From Octopus sinensis (taxonomy: Eukaryota), in the NCBI RefSeq assembly GCF_006345805.1, contig NC_042998.1, positions 147,870,001 to 147,934,000 on the forward strand: a stretch of 64,000 nucleotides of DNA. Reading direction: 5' to 3'. Below are positions 28,590 to 41,498 of the stretch, one piece after another. Each line of letters starts with the position of its first letter. The first letter of the stretch is position 1. The position numbers were made by a program, and so were the translations under genes. The notes under the pieces are model-generated. The model had not been told where the DNA came from, did not search any database, and saw only the letters and a list, made by a program, of their open reading frames with translations.

Positions 28590-29082
28590 TCAGTGGTAGG
28601 GAGATGCACATATACATATTTGTCTAATCTATGCTAGCATGGAAAGCAGATTTAAAATTGAATGTGTGTTTGTTAGTGCAGATATGGCTCTGTGATTAAG
28701 AGTTTTCTATTGCACTTGGTCTGAAGTCTTTGAAAGTTCTGTACTTTCTCATAACTCTCTAGTGCAAAATCCCTTGCTTTTAAAGAAGTAAGTATTGGTA
28801 ACAAGAAGAATAGGTAACTGGGAAACAAATGAAGACATTATATAAAATACTGATTTTCATAATATATTCATTTTTATACAACATCCATTTTAAATTTTTG
28901 GTTAATGTTTTAAATTTATGCTTAATGTTAGAGATTTAAATCTGTTTTTAAATTTTAAAGGGATATCATTTGCAACCATATCTGTCTATATAGAAAACTA
29001 TATTTCTTTAGATATTAGCTGCTTTTTTTAAAATTCTCTTTTGATATAAAGGTTAATGTTTTTTAACTCTGTGTGTGTGTAT

Positions 29083-29580
29083 ATATATAGGGAGAATTCA
29101 TAAAAAAACAAAAGACAAAGACAGGTTGTGTAGACAACAAACAGATGTATTAGAAAAGTTCAAAAGCTTCAAACGTTGTGGTGTATTGGAGCGATTTCTC
29201 ATCAATGGATGAATCCAGTGTAATCCGTGGGTAGGAAAGGTGCAGCTGAAGTGTAGGAGAGTCCAAGTAGAGAATATAGTCCAAAGTGTAGAAGGTGTAG
29301 AAAATCCAAGAATAGTTCGTTGGGTTATGAAGTGGAGACAGGATCAAATTGGTGTGACCACGTGAGCGTGTGATATATGGGGAAAATTCATAAAAAAACA
29401 AAAGACGAAGACAGGTAGTGTAGACAACAAACAGATGTATTAGTTTAACACTTGGGAAGTGAAAAAGTGTTTCACATTTCGAGCCTATGCTCTTCCACAG
29501 AAAAAAAAAAACGGAGAGGAAATACAAAAAAATTTGGAAAGTACAAAAATGTTAAGAAATGTTTAAAAGGTTCAAAAGCT

Positions 29581-29581
<1 letters not shown>
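29083..29581 (-). mobile_element. Penelope-like terminal-repeat remnant
   Basis: ~65-bp direct repeat 29090-29153 / 29380-29443, flanked by (TA)n; minus-strand hammerhead-like motif ctgtggaa-gagc-atag-gctc-gaaa at 29500-29477. Confidence 0.55.
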
Positions 29582-29613
<32 letters not shown>

Positions 29614-32345
29614 CCTTTAAATTTGTTTACAGGAAATGTTTTTGAGTATGCACATAAAAACTCCTATATGAATGCATGAACAAAGACCCATCTGAAGTTC
29701 ATGGATATTATAAATTGTATTATAATCATCTCAGGAATGTGGACTATGGTCACAAAATATGTGAATTGTGAAAACACACACAGTGATACATTGAAATTTA
29801 AATTCCATCCATGTTTTGTGTAAATATGTCTTGCTAAGAGATGTTATTAGCTTGCTTGGAAACAGGTGAGGGTTGGTGACATCCAGTTGTAGAAAATGCA
29901 TTTCAATAAATTCCTTCTAACCCATGTGAAAATGGAAAAGTGGATATTAAATCAGTGATGATATATGCATGCACATTTATCTTCCCTTACTTTTGACCTT
30001 CAACTTCTCAATGAAATTGTAGGGGTGCCATCATGACTATAGCATGCCTTGGGCAGTTTATAGTCATATCCTCAAGTTTGATTACAGCTGATTTCTCCTG
30101 GAAGAGAGAAAGACAGAGAAAAATAGATTAAGAGCAAATGAAAACTCAATTCCAGTACAAGACTGGTATATTGTCCATTTGTGTAACTGCTTTGAGTGTA
30201 GTTTTGCATTACTTTGCTTTCCATACTGTTTTCTTGATGCACTTTGAATGTTGTATGTCATTTCAAGTATTGTCTTAATATGTGTGTGTGGTATGCTGTT
30301 GTATGGCTTCAGGCCAGAGCTGACTGCACACAGGTATTCAACTGAATGATGAAAGCAACCTATAGATCTATTTTCTTAGTTATTGCATGTCTCTCTTTAA
30401 CTAAAGATCATACTGTTTGACCCAACGTGCTGTGATTGATTCTAAGGAGTGTAATGTGATGACTGCATGGACAAGTTTCAATCCTTCCACTGTCAATCCA
30501 TTTCTGAATATTTGCAGATTCTGGTACTGGCCACAGTGAAAGTTGATTTTGGTCAGAGCATGCATTCAATGTTTTTGGGGCTAATCAGGTTACAAGTGTT
30601 GTAGCTAGCTGTTTCTCTGTGGGGTGGGGGTGGGGGAGGAGCTGAGAGAAAGAGAGATAGTATTTCTAGGATGTTGTTGTACTCCAGGGAGTTGTATACA
30701 TGTCTGGGTTTTCAGAGGCCCTACACATGTTCAGGTGGTCTTTCAGTTTTGTGTTTTCATTTCATTGTGTAGGTGAATAGTGGATGTGGTCTGTGTACAA
30801 ACTTTTTATGATACATAGTACACTGTTTGTGTACTTTGTAGTTTACTATGGAAAGGTTGGTGGTTCAGGTAGGACTGGCCTGGTCCATCATGTTTTTTGC
30901 ACTGTTTATGTACTATTGTTGACCATGTGTTGTACATGTGGTTGATCTAGTTATGCTTACACATCGTTTTTTCTTTGCTGTCTTCTTATGTGTGTTGTCT
31001 ATGTTGTGACTGTGTTTGTAACTCAGTATTTTTGTCTTCTGTGTGGTATGTTATTTTGTAATGGGTGGTTGTATTTGATCATCTACCCTGTAGCTGGTAT
31101 GTACTACTTCAAGTCTATTGTTTCTAGGTAATTTGTATAGGGTTGGCGTAGTTGTGCAATGCTGTCTGAAGAACAGTGAGAAGATGTGTATGTTTGCATG
31201 TGAGGCAGCTTGTATGTTTTGGGCAGGTATGGGAAGGTTGTGTAGCTATAAGTTATAAAAAAGTGAGAATTAACTCATTTGAGAAATTGCAAGATTTGGA
31301 GATGTTGGTGATTTGTGTTTGGTGGGGAGTATTTTTTTTGTACAAGTAGATTGCAAAGAGTAGAGTTGAAAGTTTCATGGATGTTGATGGTAATTAACTC
31401 TTAACATCCTTTTGGAAGTTTCCAAAGTCAAAAACCTAAAAAGGTGTGTTTATATAAATGTCAACAGTATCTTTACTTGTCAGATTATTGTGAAAATTGG
31501 CAGTATTACATAAAAAGGATTAGTTTTTTTAAAAATATAATGTAAATAGTTGTTTGTGCTAAAAATAATGTGGTGCATGTGAGATTGTTAATTAATTACA
31601 CAACTAAAAATGGATACACTTAGGCAAGATGAAAAGAAATATGTTAGTAATAAATTAGATGGACTTAGTAACAGACATAGACATAGAGCATCACAAAAGA
31701 GAGAATAGTTTGTTTTTTCCTGGCCTTTTTTGTGACTTTTCCATTATGAACTTTACAGGTAAACTGAGTTATTTCCTTCAGAAATGACATATCCAGGTAT
31801 GCTTGAAAGTTTCAATAAAAAAAAAAAAAGCTCTGAACAAGTCAGCACAAGTGGGTCAATTTTTATAGCAAATGTTACAGAATGTAAATAAACAAAGAAG
31901 GGATTTAAGTTTTCTTTCTTAATTAATGAATGCATAACTTCCTTTAAAACAAATACAAATAAGATTTGGGGAAGTTTTAGGTAGTGTAGGACTGACAGAA
32001 GCATTTAATGTCAATTAGATTTGTGTTGTACTGAGTATTTCTAAGTATTTTGTTTATAATTAGACGGCTAGGAAAAACAGATCTTTTATATAACTACTTT
32101 CTATCTAAATATAATATAAGTAAATGAAAGTAATGTATTATGTTGATGTTAACTGAGTTCATGGTTTATGTGTTAAAATTGATGCAAGAATAATCTTCAG
32201 TTTAAGATTTCTTATCAGAATAATTTAATGCAATTTTTTTCTATTCACCCTGTTTAAATAGTAAATGTTTTTGTAATCAATGTATTTTAAATAATTAATT
32301 CTTTGAAATATATGTTTTGTTCATTGCAATGTTTTTTTTTTCCAG

Positions 32346-32386
32346 GTAAAAATCTTTATAATAATGAACATGTTGCAATTAAGCTG
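32346..32386 (+). CDS. CSNK1G: 41-nt internal coding micro-exon of casein kinase I gamma (kinase subdomain I-II, VAIK lysine)
   Basis: ttttttttttccag|GT AAA AAT CTT TAT AAT AAT GAA CAT GTT GCA ATT AAG CTG|gtaagt = (G)KNLYNNEHVAIKL, the CK1-gamma/gilgamesh signature; strong acceptor and consensus donor; phase 1 to phase 0. Confidence 0.92.
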
Positions 32387-32960
32387 GTAAGTGTTCATTT
32401 GTAGTTTATCTAATTTATTAATACAGTCAAAATTCCTTACAGCTCAATTCATTTAATTGTAATTAGCTATACAGTATAATGATGTTTCTACTTTCCCAAA
32501 GTAATCACATTGTATGGAGCTTTACAATATATGCTGTGTGTGTGTGTTGAAGTATTATTGTTTGCTTGTTTTGCAACAGTAGCATTGTTTCTCAGTGAAT
32601 TTCCAAAATTTGCACACAAATCCAAAATCAGTGCAGAATAATACATAAAAGAAAAAAATCTCAAGTCCGAGGTTTTCTTTGGTTAAGTTAGTGAAGAATC
32701 AAGAATAAAAGCTGGTCAGATTTACAGTTATAATGCAGTTGTGAGCACACTCTCTTATTTCTCTATCTCTGTTTCTTTCTCTCACATACACATCTCTGTG
32801 GGATCATGCTATGTAGCTGATATATTGAAGGTTGTTAAAATTCATTTTAAAATAATTTTTGAAAATTCCGTATGTGGTTTCAAATAGTGTGGAAAGTAAA
32901 GTATAATTTATTGTTTTGCATTTTACACTCTGAATTGAACTGTTTGTCTGTCTGTCTCTT

Positions 32961-33187
32961 TTATGAACTTCATTAGTTTACAGCTTTTTCTGCTATAAGA
33001 TGGTGTGGACTCATAGTTGAGTGCCTGAAGAATACTTTATAGCTATATCAGAGCCTCAAATATGAAATGCAATTTATTTGAGAAAGAATTACATTTGAGC
33101 CTATATGGGGAACAGCTATTCAGGCACTGAGATAGGAGTCATCTGCATCTTATACCAGGAACATCTGTAAGCTAATGAAGTTTGTAA
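32961..33187. repeat. Imperfect fold-back element (MITE-like), ~65-bp arms
   Basis: aacttcattagtttacag...ataagatg...gactc...agtgcctgaa versus ttcaggcact...gagtc...catcttat...ctgtaagctaatgaagtt. Confidence 0.8.
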
Positions 33188-33529
33188 GGTAATTATTTAT
33201 TCCTTTGTCATCTCTCTTATTACTGCTCTATACTCAACTAACAATTTGCTCTGAAACATACATATATTGAGTTCTACATCAGGTTATTAATCTGGCAATG
33301 CCTAAGTGAAATGCATGCTCACATACACATTATATATCATATATCATATTCTCCTTATTATCAATATTGCACTTTACACTCTAAATAGCCAAGAACTAAA
33401 CAGTAACATAGGGTGGGGGCTAAAGGAAGTTTACCGAAAAAATGCACCATGTGAAAGAACCAGCCTTTGTATTTCACTAAAAGTAATTCAGTATCTGGCA
33501 GGTTATTACATCCCTCCTCTTACACTATA

Positions 33530-33628
33530 ATTTATATATATATATATCATTTACATATATATATGTATACATAACATATATATCATATATAAATATAAAT
33601 ATGTGTGTGTATATGTGTAATATATATA

Positions 33629-33664
<36 letters not shown>

Positions 33665-33766
33665 GTATGTATATATGTATGTATGTATATATATATATGT
33701 ATGTATATATATATGTATGTATATATATATATGTATGTATATATATATTATATATATATAATGTAT

Positions 33767-33801
<35 letters not shown>

Positions 33802-33804
33802 ATG

Positions 33805-33835
<31 letters not shown>

Positions 33836-33840
33836 ATGTA

Positions 33841-33871
<31 letters not shown>

Positions 33872-34059
33872 ATATATATATATATATATGTATGTATTAT
33901 ATATATATGTATGTATGTATGTATATGTATATATATATATGTATGTATGTATGTATATGTATATATATATATATGTATGTATGTAGTATATGTATATATA
34001 TATATAATATTATGTATGTATATTGTAGATATATATATATAGATGTATGTATGTATATG

Positions 34060-34090
<31 letters not shown>

Positions 34091-34687
34091 ATGTATATAT
34101 ATATATATATGTATTATGTATTATATGTATGTATGTATATGTAATATATATATATATATGTATGTATGTATATGTAATATAATATATATATATGGTATGT
34201 ATTATTATGTATTATATATATATATGTATGTATGTATATGTATATATATAATATATTATGTATGTATATGTATATATATATATATATGTATGTATGTATA
34301 TGTATATATAATATATATATGTTGTATGTATATGTATATATATATTATATATATGTATGTATATGTATATATATATATATGTATGTATGTATATGTATAT
34401 ATATATTATATATGTATGTATGTATGTATATAATATATATATATGTATGTATATATGTATAATATATATATATATGTATGTATGTATATGTTATATATAT
34501 ATATGTATGTATGTATATGTATATATATATATATAGTATATATATGTATGTATATGTATATTATATTATATATATGTATGTATATGGATATATATATATA
34601 TATATGTATGTATGTATATGTATAATATATATATTGTATGTATGTATATGTAAGATATATATATATATATATGTATGTATGTATATG

Positions 34688-34718
<31 letters not shown>

Positions 34719-35380
34719 ATGTATATATATATATATATATGTATGTATTATATGTATATAGTATATATATATATATATGTATGTATGTATATGTAATATA
34801 TATAATATGTATGTATGTATGTATATATATATATATGTATGTATGTATATGTATATATATATATTATGTATGTATGTATATGTATAATATATATATATGT
34901 AGTATGTATATGTATATATATATATTATATATATATATGTATGTATTATGTATATATATATATATGTATGTATGTATATGTATATAATATATATGTATGT
35001 ATATGTATGTATATATATATATATGTTGTATATATGTATGTATATATATATATATATATGTTATGTATGTATGTATGTATGTATATATATATATATGTAT
35101 GTATGTATATGTATGTATATATATATATATGTATGTATATGTATATATTATATATATATGTATTATATGTATATATATATATATATATAGGTATGTTATG
35201 TATATATATATATATATATGTAATGTATGTATATGTATATATATATATATGTATGTATGTATATGTATATATATATATATGTATGTATATGTATATATAT
35301 ATATATATATATATGTTATGTATATGTATATATATATATATATGTATGTATATTATATATATATATATATGTATAGTATG

Positions 35381-35419
<39 letters not shown>

Positions 35420-35422
35420 ATG

Positions 35423-35453
<31 letters not shown>

Positions 35454-35663
35454 ATGTATATATATATATATAGTGTAGTATGTATATGTATATTATATAT
35501 ATATGTAGTTGTATATGTATATATATAATATATATGTATGTATGTATATGTATATATATATATTATATGTATGTATGTATATTATATATATATATATTGT
35601 ATGTTGTATGTATATATATATATATATGATGTATGTATTATATATTATAGATATGTATGTATG

Positions 35664-35698
<35 letters not shown>

Positions 35699-36093
35699 GT
35701 ATATATATATTATATGTATGTATATATATATGTATGTATGTATATATATCATATATATGTATGTATGTATATATATATATGTATGTATGTATATATATAT
35801 ATGTATGTATGTATATATATATATGTATGTATGTATATATATATATATATTGTAGTATGTATGTATATATATTATGTAATGTATGTATATATGTATGTAT
35901 GTATATATATATGTATGTATGTATATATATATATATATGTATGTATGTATATATATATATGTATGTATGTATTTATATATATATATGTATGTATGTATAT
36001 GTATGTATGTATATATATATATGTATGTATGTATTTATATATATATATGTATGTATGTATATGTATGTATGTATATATATATATGTATGTATG

Positions 36094-36121
<28 letters not shown>
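33530..36121. repeat. ~2.6-kb compound (TA)n/(TATG)n microsatellite
   Basis: Direct reading; source of the Y/I/M/C/V-only ORFs. Confidence 0.97.
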
Positions 36122-36122
<1 letters not shown>

Positions 36123-36124
<2 letters not shown>

Positions 36125-37231
36125 GATTGATTGATTGATTGATTGATTCTAGTTTCAGCTTATGAGCTGTGGCCATGCTGGGGCACCGCCATTTGGTGTT
36201 GCTACTTGGTTTCACTTCATGGAGGCTTTCTAGCAACTGCTATTTGGTGCATGAGAGAGTTCGATGCAGCTGCCCTCATCTGCCCCTCCCGCCGTGAATT
36301 GGTTTCATCTGGGACACCTGACAGGAAGAGATCAAGCTTCATTTTTAAGACATCTGTATCCACCCCATGCAGGTCTCTGAGGTTCTTCGGAGGATATTGA
36401 AGAGCTGTGGGCCTCGGAAGCCCAGGCTATCACAGAATCTTGTCCTACATCTTGATGGCAGGTTTGGAGTCCTAGGCACCACGCAGTGGCGCCCAGTTCT
36501 GGCATTTGCTTAACTCTCGATGCCAAAGTTCAGGACACTTCCTCCAGGATCTTCCAGATGTATATTATGGCATATCTTCCCGCCTACTACGCTCCAGAGA
36601 ATATAATTTTAATCTCTTGAGTCTTTCCCAGTAGCTTACATCTGCATAGAGGCTATCTTCTTTGTGTAGCTTCGTTGGATCGCCTCAAGTTCTGTGATCA
36701 ACTTGACACTGGATGTGACCATAGCTGAGAGCAATAGTCAAAGTGGCTTAGGACAAGTGTCTTCCAGAGGACCATCATGGTTTTTTGTTCTCTTGTTCTA
36801 AAGGTTCTAAGAATCCATCCAGCCAGCCATCTACATTTCATTGTCAGTTTAGCAACATGTACATGAAAGGTCGCGTCATCACTCATGTGAATACCCAGGT
36901 CACGCACTGATTGTGCCTCTGGGATTGCAATCCCTCCGGGTCCAGTGTATTCATTGGGTATTGCATTCAGTTTTGCATGCTGATAGTATAAAGCTTGAAA
37001 CTTTCCAGCATTGAACTGCATGCTATTTTTTTCCCCACTTGTATATTTCGTCCAGCTCACATTGCAGGTGTTTAGTGTCCTCAGGGTTCTGTACTGCCTG
37101 TGAAACTTTGTATCATCTGCATAACTTGTGATCGTGGCTCTCTGCGTGGCTGAGGGCATGTCTGAGAGGGCCATTATGAACAGTAGTGGTCCCAGAACAG
37201 TGCCCTGCGGAACACCGCTCACTATTTGTGT
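36123..37231 (-). mobile_element. CR1/L2-group LINE 3' portion with (TCAA)n tail
   Basis: SGVPQGTVLGPLLF, SYADDTK, NSMQFNAGKFQ, VRDLGI, LVLSHFDYCSQLW; tail reads (gatt)n on +; interrupted by assembly gap. Confidence 0.9.
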
Positions 37232-37331
37232 NNNNNNNNNNNNNNNNNNNNNNNNNNNNNNNNNNNNNNNNNNNNNNNNNNNNNNNNNNNNNNNNNNNNN
37301 NNNNNNNNNNNNNNNNNNNNNNNNNNNNNNN
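37232..37331. other. Assembly gap (100 N)
   Basis: Run of N. Confidence 1.
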
Positions 37332-37582
37332 ACGATGAGTCTACGATTTAAAAAAAATTTACCATCATATATTTCCATTTTAATGCATTTTTTCGCTTTT
37401 ATATAAGGGAAGTAACTCTCTAAAAATATCTACGATGTGTCAACGATTTAAAAAAAAAAATTTACCTTAATTTTTTTTCAATTTTTAATGCATTTTTTTG
37501 CTATTTTTTGGCTATAACTCTCCAAAAATGCTTATATAGTTATTTCCCTTACAACCCGAGCAACGCCGGGCGATACTGCTAG
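37332..37582 (+). mobile_element. 3' end of a second non-autonomous Helitron family
   Basis: Hairpin cccgagcaacgccggg (37555-37570), then CTAG (37579-37582) followed by T; internal tandem duplication acgatttaaaaaaaa..tttacc. Confidence 0.75.
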
Positions 37583-37931
37583 TGTATATATATATATGTA
37601 TGTATATGTATATATATGTATATGTATATATATGTATATGTATATATATGTATATATATATGTATGTATATGTATGTATATGTATATATATGTATATATA
37701 TATGTATGTATATATATGTATATATATGTATGTATATATATATATATATGTATGTATGTATGCATATGTATGTATGTGTATGTATGTATATATATAAGTA
37801 TATATGTGTGTATGTATATATATATATATATGTATATATATTATATATATACATATATATACATGTATATATATGTATATATATATATATATATACATAT
37901 ATATACATGTATATATATATATATATATATA
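37583..37931. repeat. (TA)n/(TATG)n microsatellite
   Basis: Direct reading. Confidence 0.95.
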
Positions 37932-38320
37932 TCATCATCATCATCATCATTTAACGTCCGCTTTCCATGCTAGCATGGGTTGGACGATTTGACTGAGAAC
38001 TGGCGAACCGGATTACTGCACCAGGCTCCAATCTGTTCTGGCAGAGTTTCTACAGCTGGATGCCCTTCCTAACACCAAACACTTCGAGAGTGTAGTGGGT
38101 GCTTTTACGTGCCACCGGCATGAGGGCCAGTCTGGTGGTACTGGCAACGGCTATGCTCGAATGGTGTTTTCCAGTGACACTGGCAACAACCTTGCTTGAA
38201 TGTTTTGTTCAAGTGCCAGTAAGGCGACGCTGGTAACAATCACGCTGAAATGGTGCTTTTTACATGCCACTGGCATGGAAGCCAGACAACTGCTCTGGCA
38301 GTGATCCCGCTTGGATGGAG
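37931..38320 (-). mobile_element. RTE-tailed SINE, 5'-truncated
   Basis: (atc)n tttaacgtccgctttccatgctagcatgggttggacg...ctggatgcccttcctaac is the reverse complement of the 22550-22699 tail. Confidence 0.85.
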
Positions 38321-38324
38321 TTGC

Positions 38325-39640
38325 AGTTACTTCTTTCCTCATTGTTCTTGTAAAGGATGATGATTCTAGCGTCCCTCATGTCTTGCAGCATGCTTCCCTC
38401 CTTCCAGCACTGGCAGAGAACCTCATGCAAGGGGTGTAGCAAGTTAGACTTGCAGTGCTTGATGAGGTCTGGAGGAATACTGTTGCTGCCTGGTGCCTTG
38501 CCTGCAGTTAAACTGTCAACAGTTTTACTGAGCTTGTCTACGGTAGGCTCTGCATCGAGCTCTTCCATGGCGTCAAGGGCTGCAGGAGTCACTGTTGTCT
38601 CTCCAGAGTAGAGGTCAGAGTTGTGCTCCACCCATTTCTCCATCTACCTGACTCGGTCAGTAATAATTTGAGGGTGCGTTCTTGCTCTGCGTTGTTCCCA
38701 GCGCCTTGTTTATACTCTCATACATGACTCTGATGTTGCCTGTTGCAGCAGCTGCCTGAATCCTCCCACTGAACTCTGTCCAGTACTTGTTGGCGCAGCG
38801 CCTGGCGATGTTCTGAACCTTGCTCCTGGCCGCCTTGAGAATCTGCAGGTTTTTCTCAGAGGGTGACTGCTTGTATTCTGTGAGTGTAGCGTGCTTGGCC
38901 TCAATGATGGGGTTCATAGCGGATGACTCGGCGTCAAACCAGTCATGTGGCTTCAAGGTTTTCTTCCCAAAAGTTGCCAGGGCGGTGCGGTGGATGGTGT
39001 CTCGCAGAGTTTTCCACTTCTCTGGCCTGTGATGCATTGTATACTTCTTCAAAGGCCTCTGCGAACTGTTCCACTAGATCAAGGTCCCCGGCTTCTTTGC
39101 ACTGTTGAACCTTTTTGGTTGCAGCATACTAGAGAGTGGTCTGTCTCACAGTCTGCACTGTGGTAAGAGCATGTATGGAGAACGTTTTTTATGGCAGCAT
39201 GCCTGACTACAATCAGATCCAGTTGGTGCCAGTGCTTTGAGTGTGGGTGCCTCCAGGAGACCTTGTGTTGGGGTTTCGTTTTGAAGAAGGAGTTGGTGAT
39301 GCACAGGTTGTGAAGGACACAAAGCTCGAGCAGTCGCTGACCATTCTCATTGAGTTTTCCCACTCCAAACGAACCAAGGCAAGAGAGCTACGAGGCGTTG
39401 TCTGCACGCACTCTGGTGTTGAAGTCGCCCAGGAAAACAAACTGTTTGGCACTTGGTATATTCCTGATGGTCAATGCAAGGTTCTCGTAGAACTCATCCT
39501 TGGTGACCGAAGTGGCGGACAGCGTTGGAGCGTACACACTGATGAGTGGTGTTAAGGCAGAGTGCTAGGAGTCGCTCAGAGCCACCGCTGTTTGGTTCTA
39601 TCATATTCAGCAAGCTGTTCCTTACTGCAAAGCCCACTCC
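38325..39640 (-). mobile_element. RTE (BovB-like) LINE endonuclease-linker fragment
   Basis: GDFN, GKLNENGQRLLELC..NLCITNSFF..KVSWRHPHSKHWHQLDL, SADCETDHSLV, GKAPGSNSIP, KEGSMLQDMRDARII. Confidence 0.9.
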
Positions 39641-39673
39641 ATACTCAATATATCAATCATGTATATATATATG

Positions 39674-39710
<37 letters not shown>

Positions 39711-39738
39711 CAATCATGTATATATATATATATATATA

Positions 39739-41146
39739 CTAGCATTATGACCCGTCGTTGCCGGGTCATAGTGCTAGTTCATATATATATGTGTGCATAT
39801 TACATGTACATCTATATATATATACATCTACACAGAATATAAAATACAAAGTTTTATCTTGATATCGCTAGTGATAACAATACTCAAAATATATAACAGA
39901 CTGTAATTGTAGGCCCGCCTCTTGCAATTTCGATCAATAGTCCTCCCTCTTGTATAGAAGTGTGGCTACAATCTAGCCTACCTCTACTTCTGGGTGGACA
40001 TTTTAAATTTTTATCCGGGACGTCCTACGTCCCAGATATAAAGGTAAAAATAAAATATTTCCACTTTGCAATGTTCAAGTCGAGTACTCCCTTGCACGCT
40101 CCATTGACTCGAACCTTGCTTCTATTTTGGCAAATTTACCGCTTCTGGTTAGATATCTTTCGTAGTCGCACCAAGACACTTTTCAATGGTGCTTTCCTCC
40201 AGGTGTTCAAATCTTTTTTTTCATTTTTGGGCTGTCTTCTATCAAAGGCATTCTAACGAAAATGCTTCCATATAAACAGTGAAAATATTGTCAATTTCCC
40301 CAAACAGACTCACAATTCAATTTTTAAACAATAACCAAAGCTCCTTCTCCCAAAGGGGGAGGGTTACAGTTTACAATTATTTAACAAATGCAACACTACA
40401 ACCTTTCTCTTTCGAGGAACCAACAAACGTGATAACAATAGTTAAACAGTAATAATAATAACAACAAACCTTACGGTGAATCAAAAAGCAGTACGCAGTT
40501 GAAGCTATAGTCCTTTATGTATAAGAAATAAACCAACAGCAGTACTCAGTAGAAGCAGCTGTTCGAGAAAACAGACATTACATACAGCCAAACTTCATAT
40601 AGATACTTAATGCTAGCTAATTAGCAGATAATCTAATGTAAAAGCCGTGGTAAACGGTATGTGCACAGCTCCATCTGGACTATTTCATTTCTGCACACTA
40701 ATTTTATTTTTAATTTATTCCCATTCATGTGAAACCACTTATTCAAGTTCAAGTCATTGATGCAATTTTATACCAATTGCTATTTTTACTTTTGTTATGT
40801 TATGATTATATTATACTTTAGTTTGATTTTAATTATTACTTACTACATATAATTCAATTGTTATTATTATCTCTAATTTTTATTGTTAAAGTGAAAGTAT
40901 CTGACATAAAATAGAGAAATGTTTTTGTTTCACTTTTAACAAGTAATACTGAAATAGTGGAGAAGATATGATATTGCTATGGGCTCGCCCTAGGCAAGAA
41001 GTTGAAGATTTGTTTTGGTCATGAAACTACATGGACCCTAAGTAAGGCATGTGTAAAATTTGAATGAAATTGGTTGTGTAGTTCTCAAGTTTTAGGGAAA
41101 CACACAGACAGACAGACTCACATTCTCAGTTTTATATATATAGAGA
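39739..41146 (-). mobile_element. Non-autonomous Helitron, copy 2 (longer)
   Basis: Same termini as 10784-11804 (CTAG 39739-39742, hairpin gacccgtcgttgccgggtc, TC start at 41146, A|T target); extra internal segment ~40215-40670. Confidence 0.85.
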
Positions 41147-41151
41147 TATAT

Positions 41152-41182
<31 letters not shown>

Positions 41183-41256
41183 CATGTATATTGGTAAAAA
41201 CGGTAAGATAACAAAAGAAAGAAAGAGACCTCAATATTATGTAAATAGAGGAAATT

Positions 41257-41458
41257 TATCTGTAAATTAATATGTTACCATTATTCAATAGCCAAGATAA
41301 AACTCTGAGTTTCAGATGCCGAACTGGAAATCCACAACATCATCTCTTCGGTTCTCTGGCCAACCGAAGAGATGGTGTTGTGGATTTCCACTTCGGCATC
41401 CGAAAATCAGAGTTTTATCTTGGCTATTGAATAACGGTAACATATTAATTTACAGATA
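41257..41458. repeat. Long inverted repeat (97-bp arms, 8-nt loop), probable inverted Penelope pseudo-LTRs
   Basis: 41257-41353 versus 41362-41458, 5 mismatches by eye; each arm carries CCGAAGA-gatg...catc-yGAAA. Confidence 0.9.
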
Positions 41459-41467
41459 TATATCATG

Positions 41468-41494
<27 letters not shown>

Positions 41495-41498
<4 letters not shown>

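Noticed and set aside
30200-31330. GT-rich stretch resembling a decayed LINE (also 9300-9800)
   Set aside because: No motif could be translated convincingly, so left unannotated
33605-36236. Many long ORFs rich in Y/I/M/C/V (also 37512-37992)
   Set aside because: Translations of (TA)n/(TATG)n microsatellite, which has few stop codons
36698-37378. 226-aa ORF as a single protein
   Set aside because: Reads through the 100-N gap, joining Helitron sequence to a LINE RT
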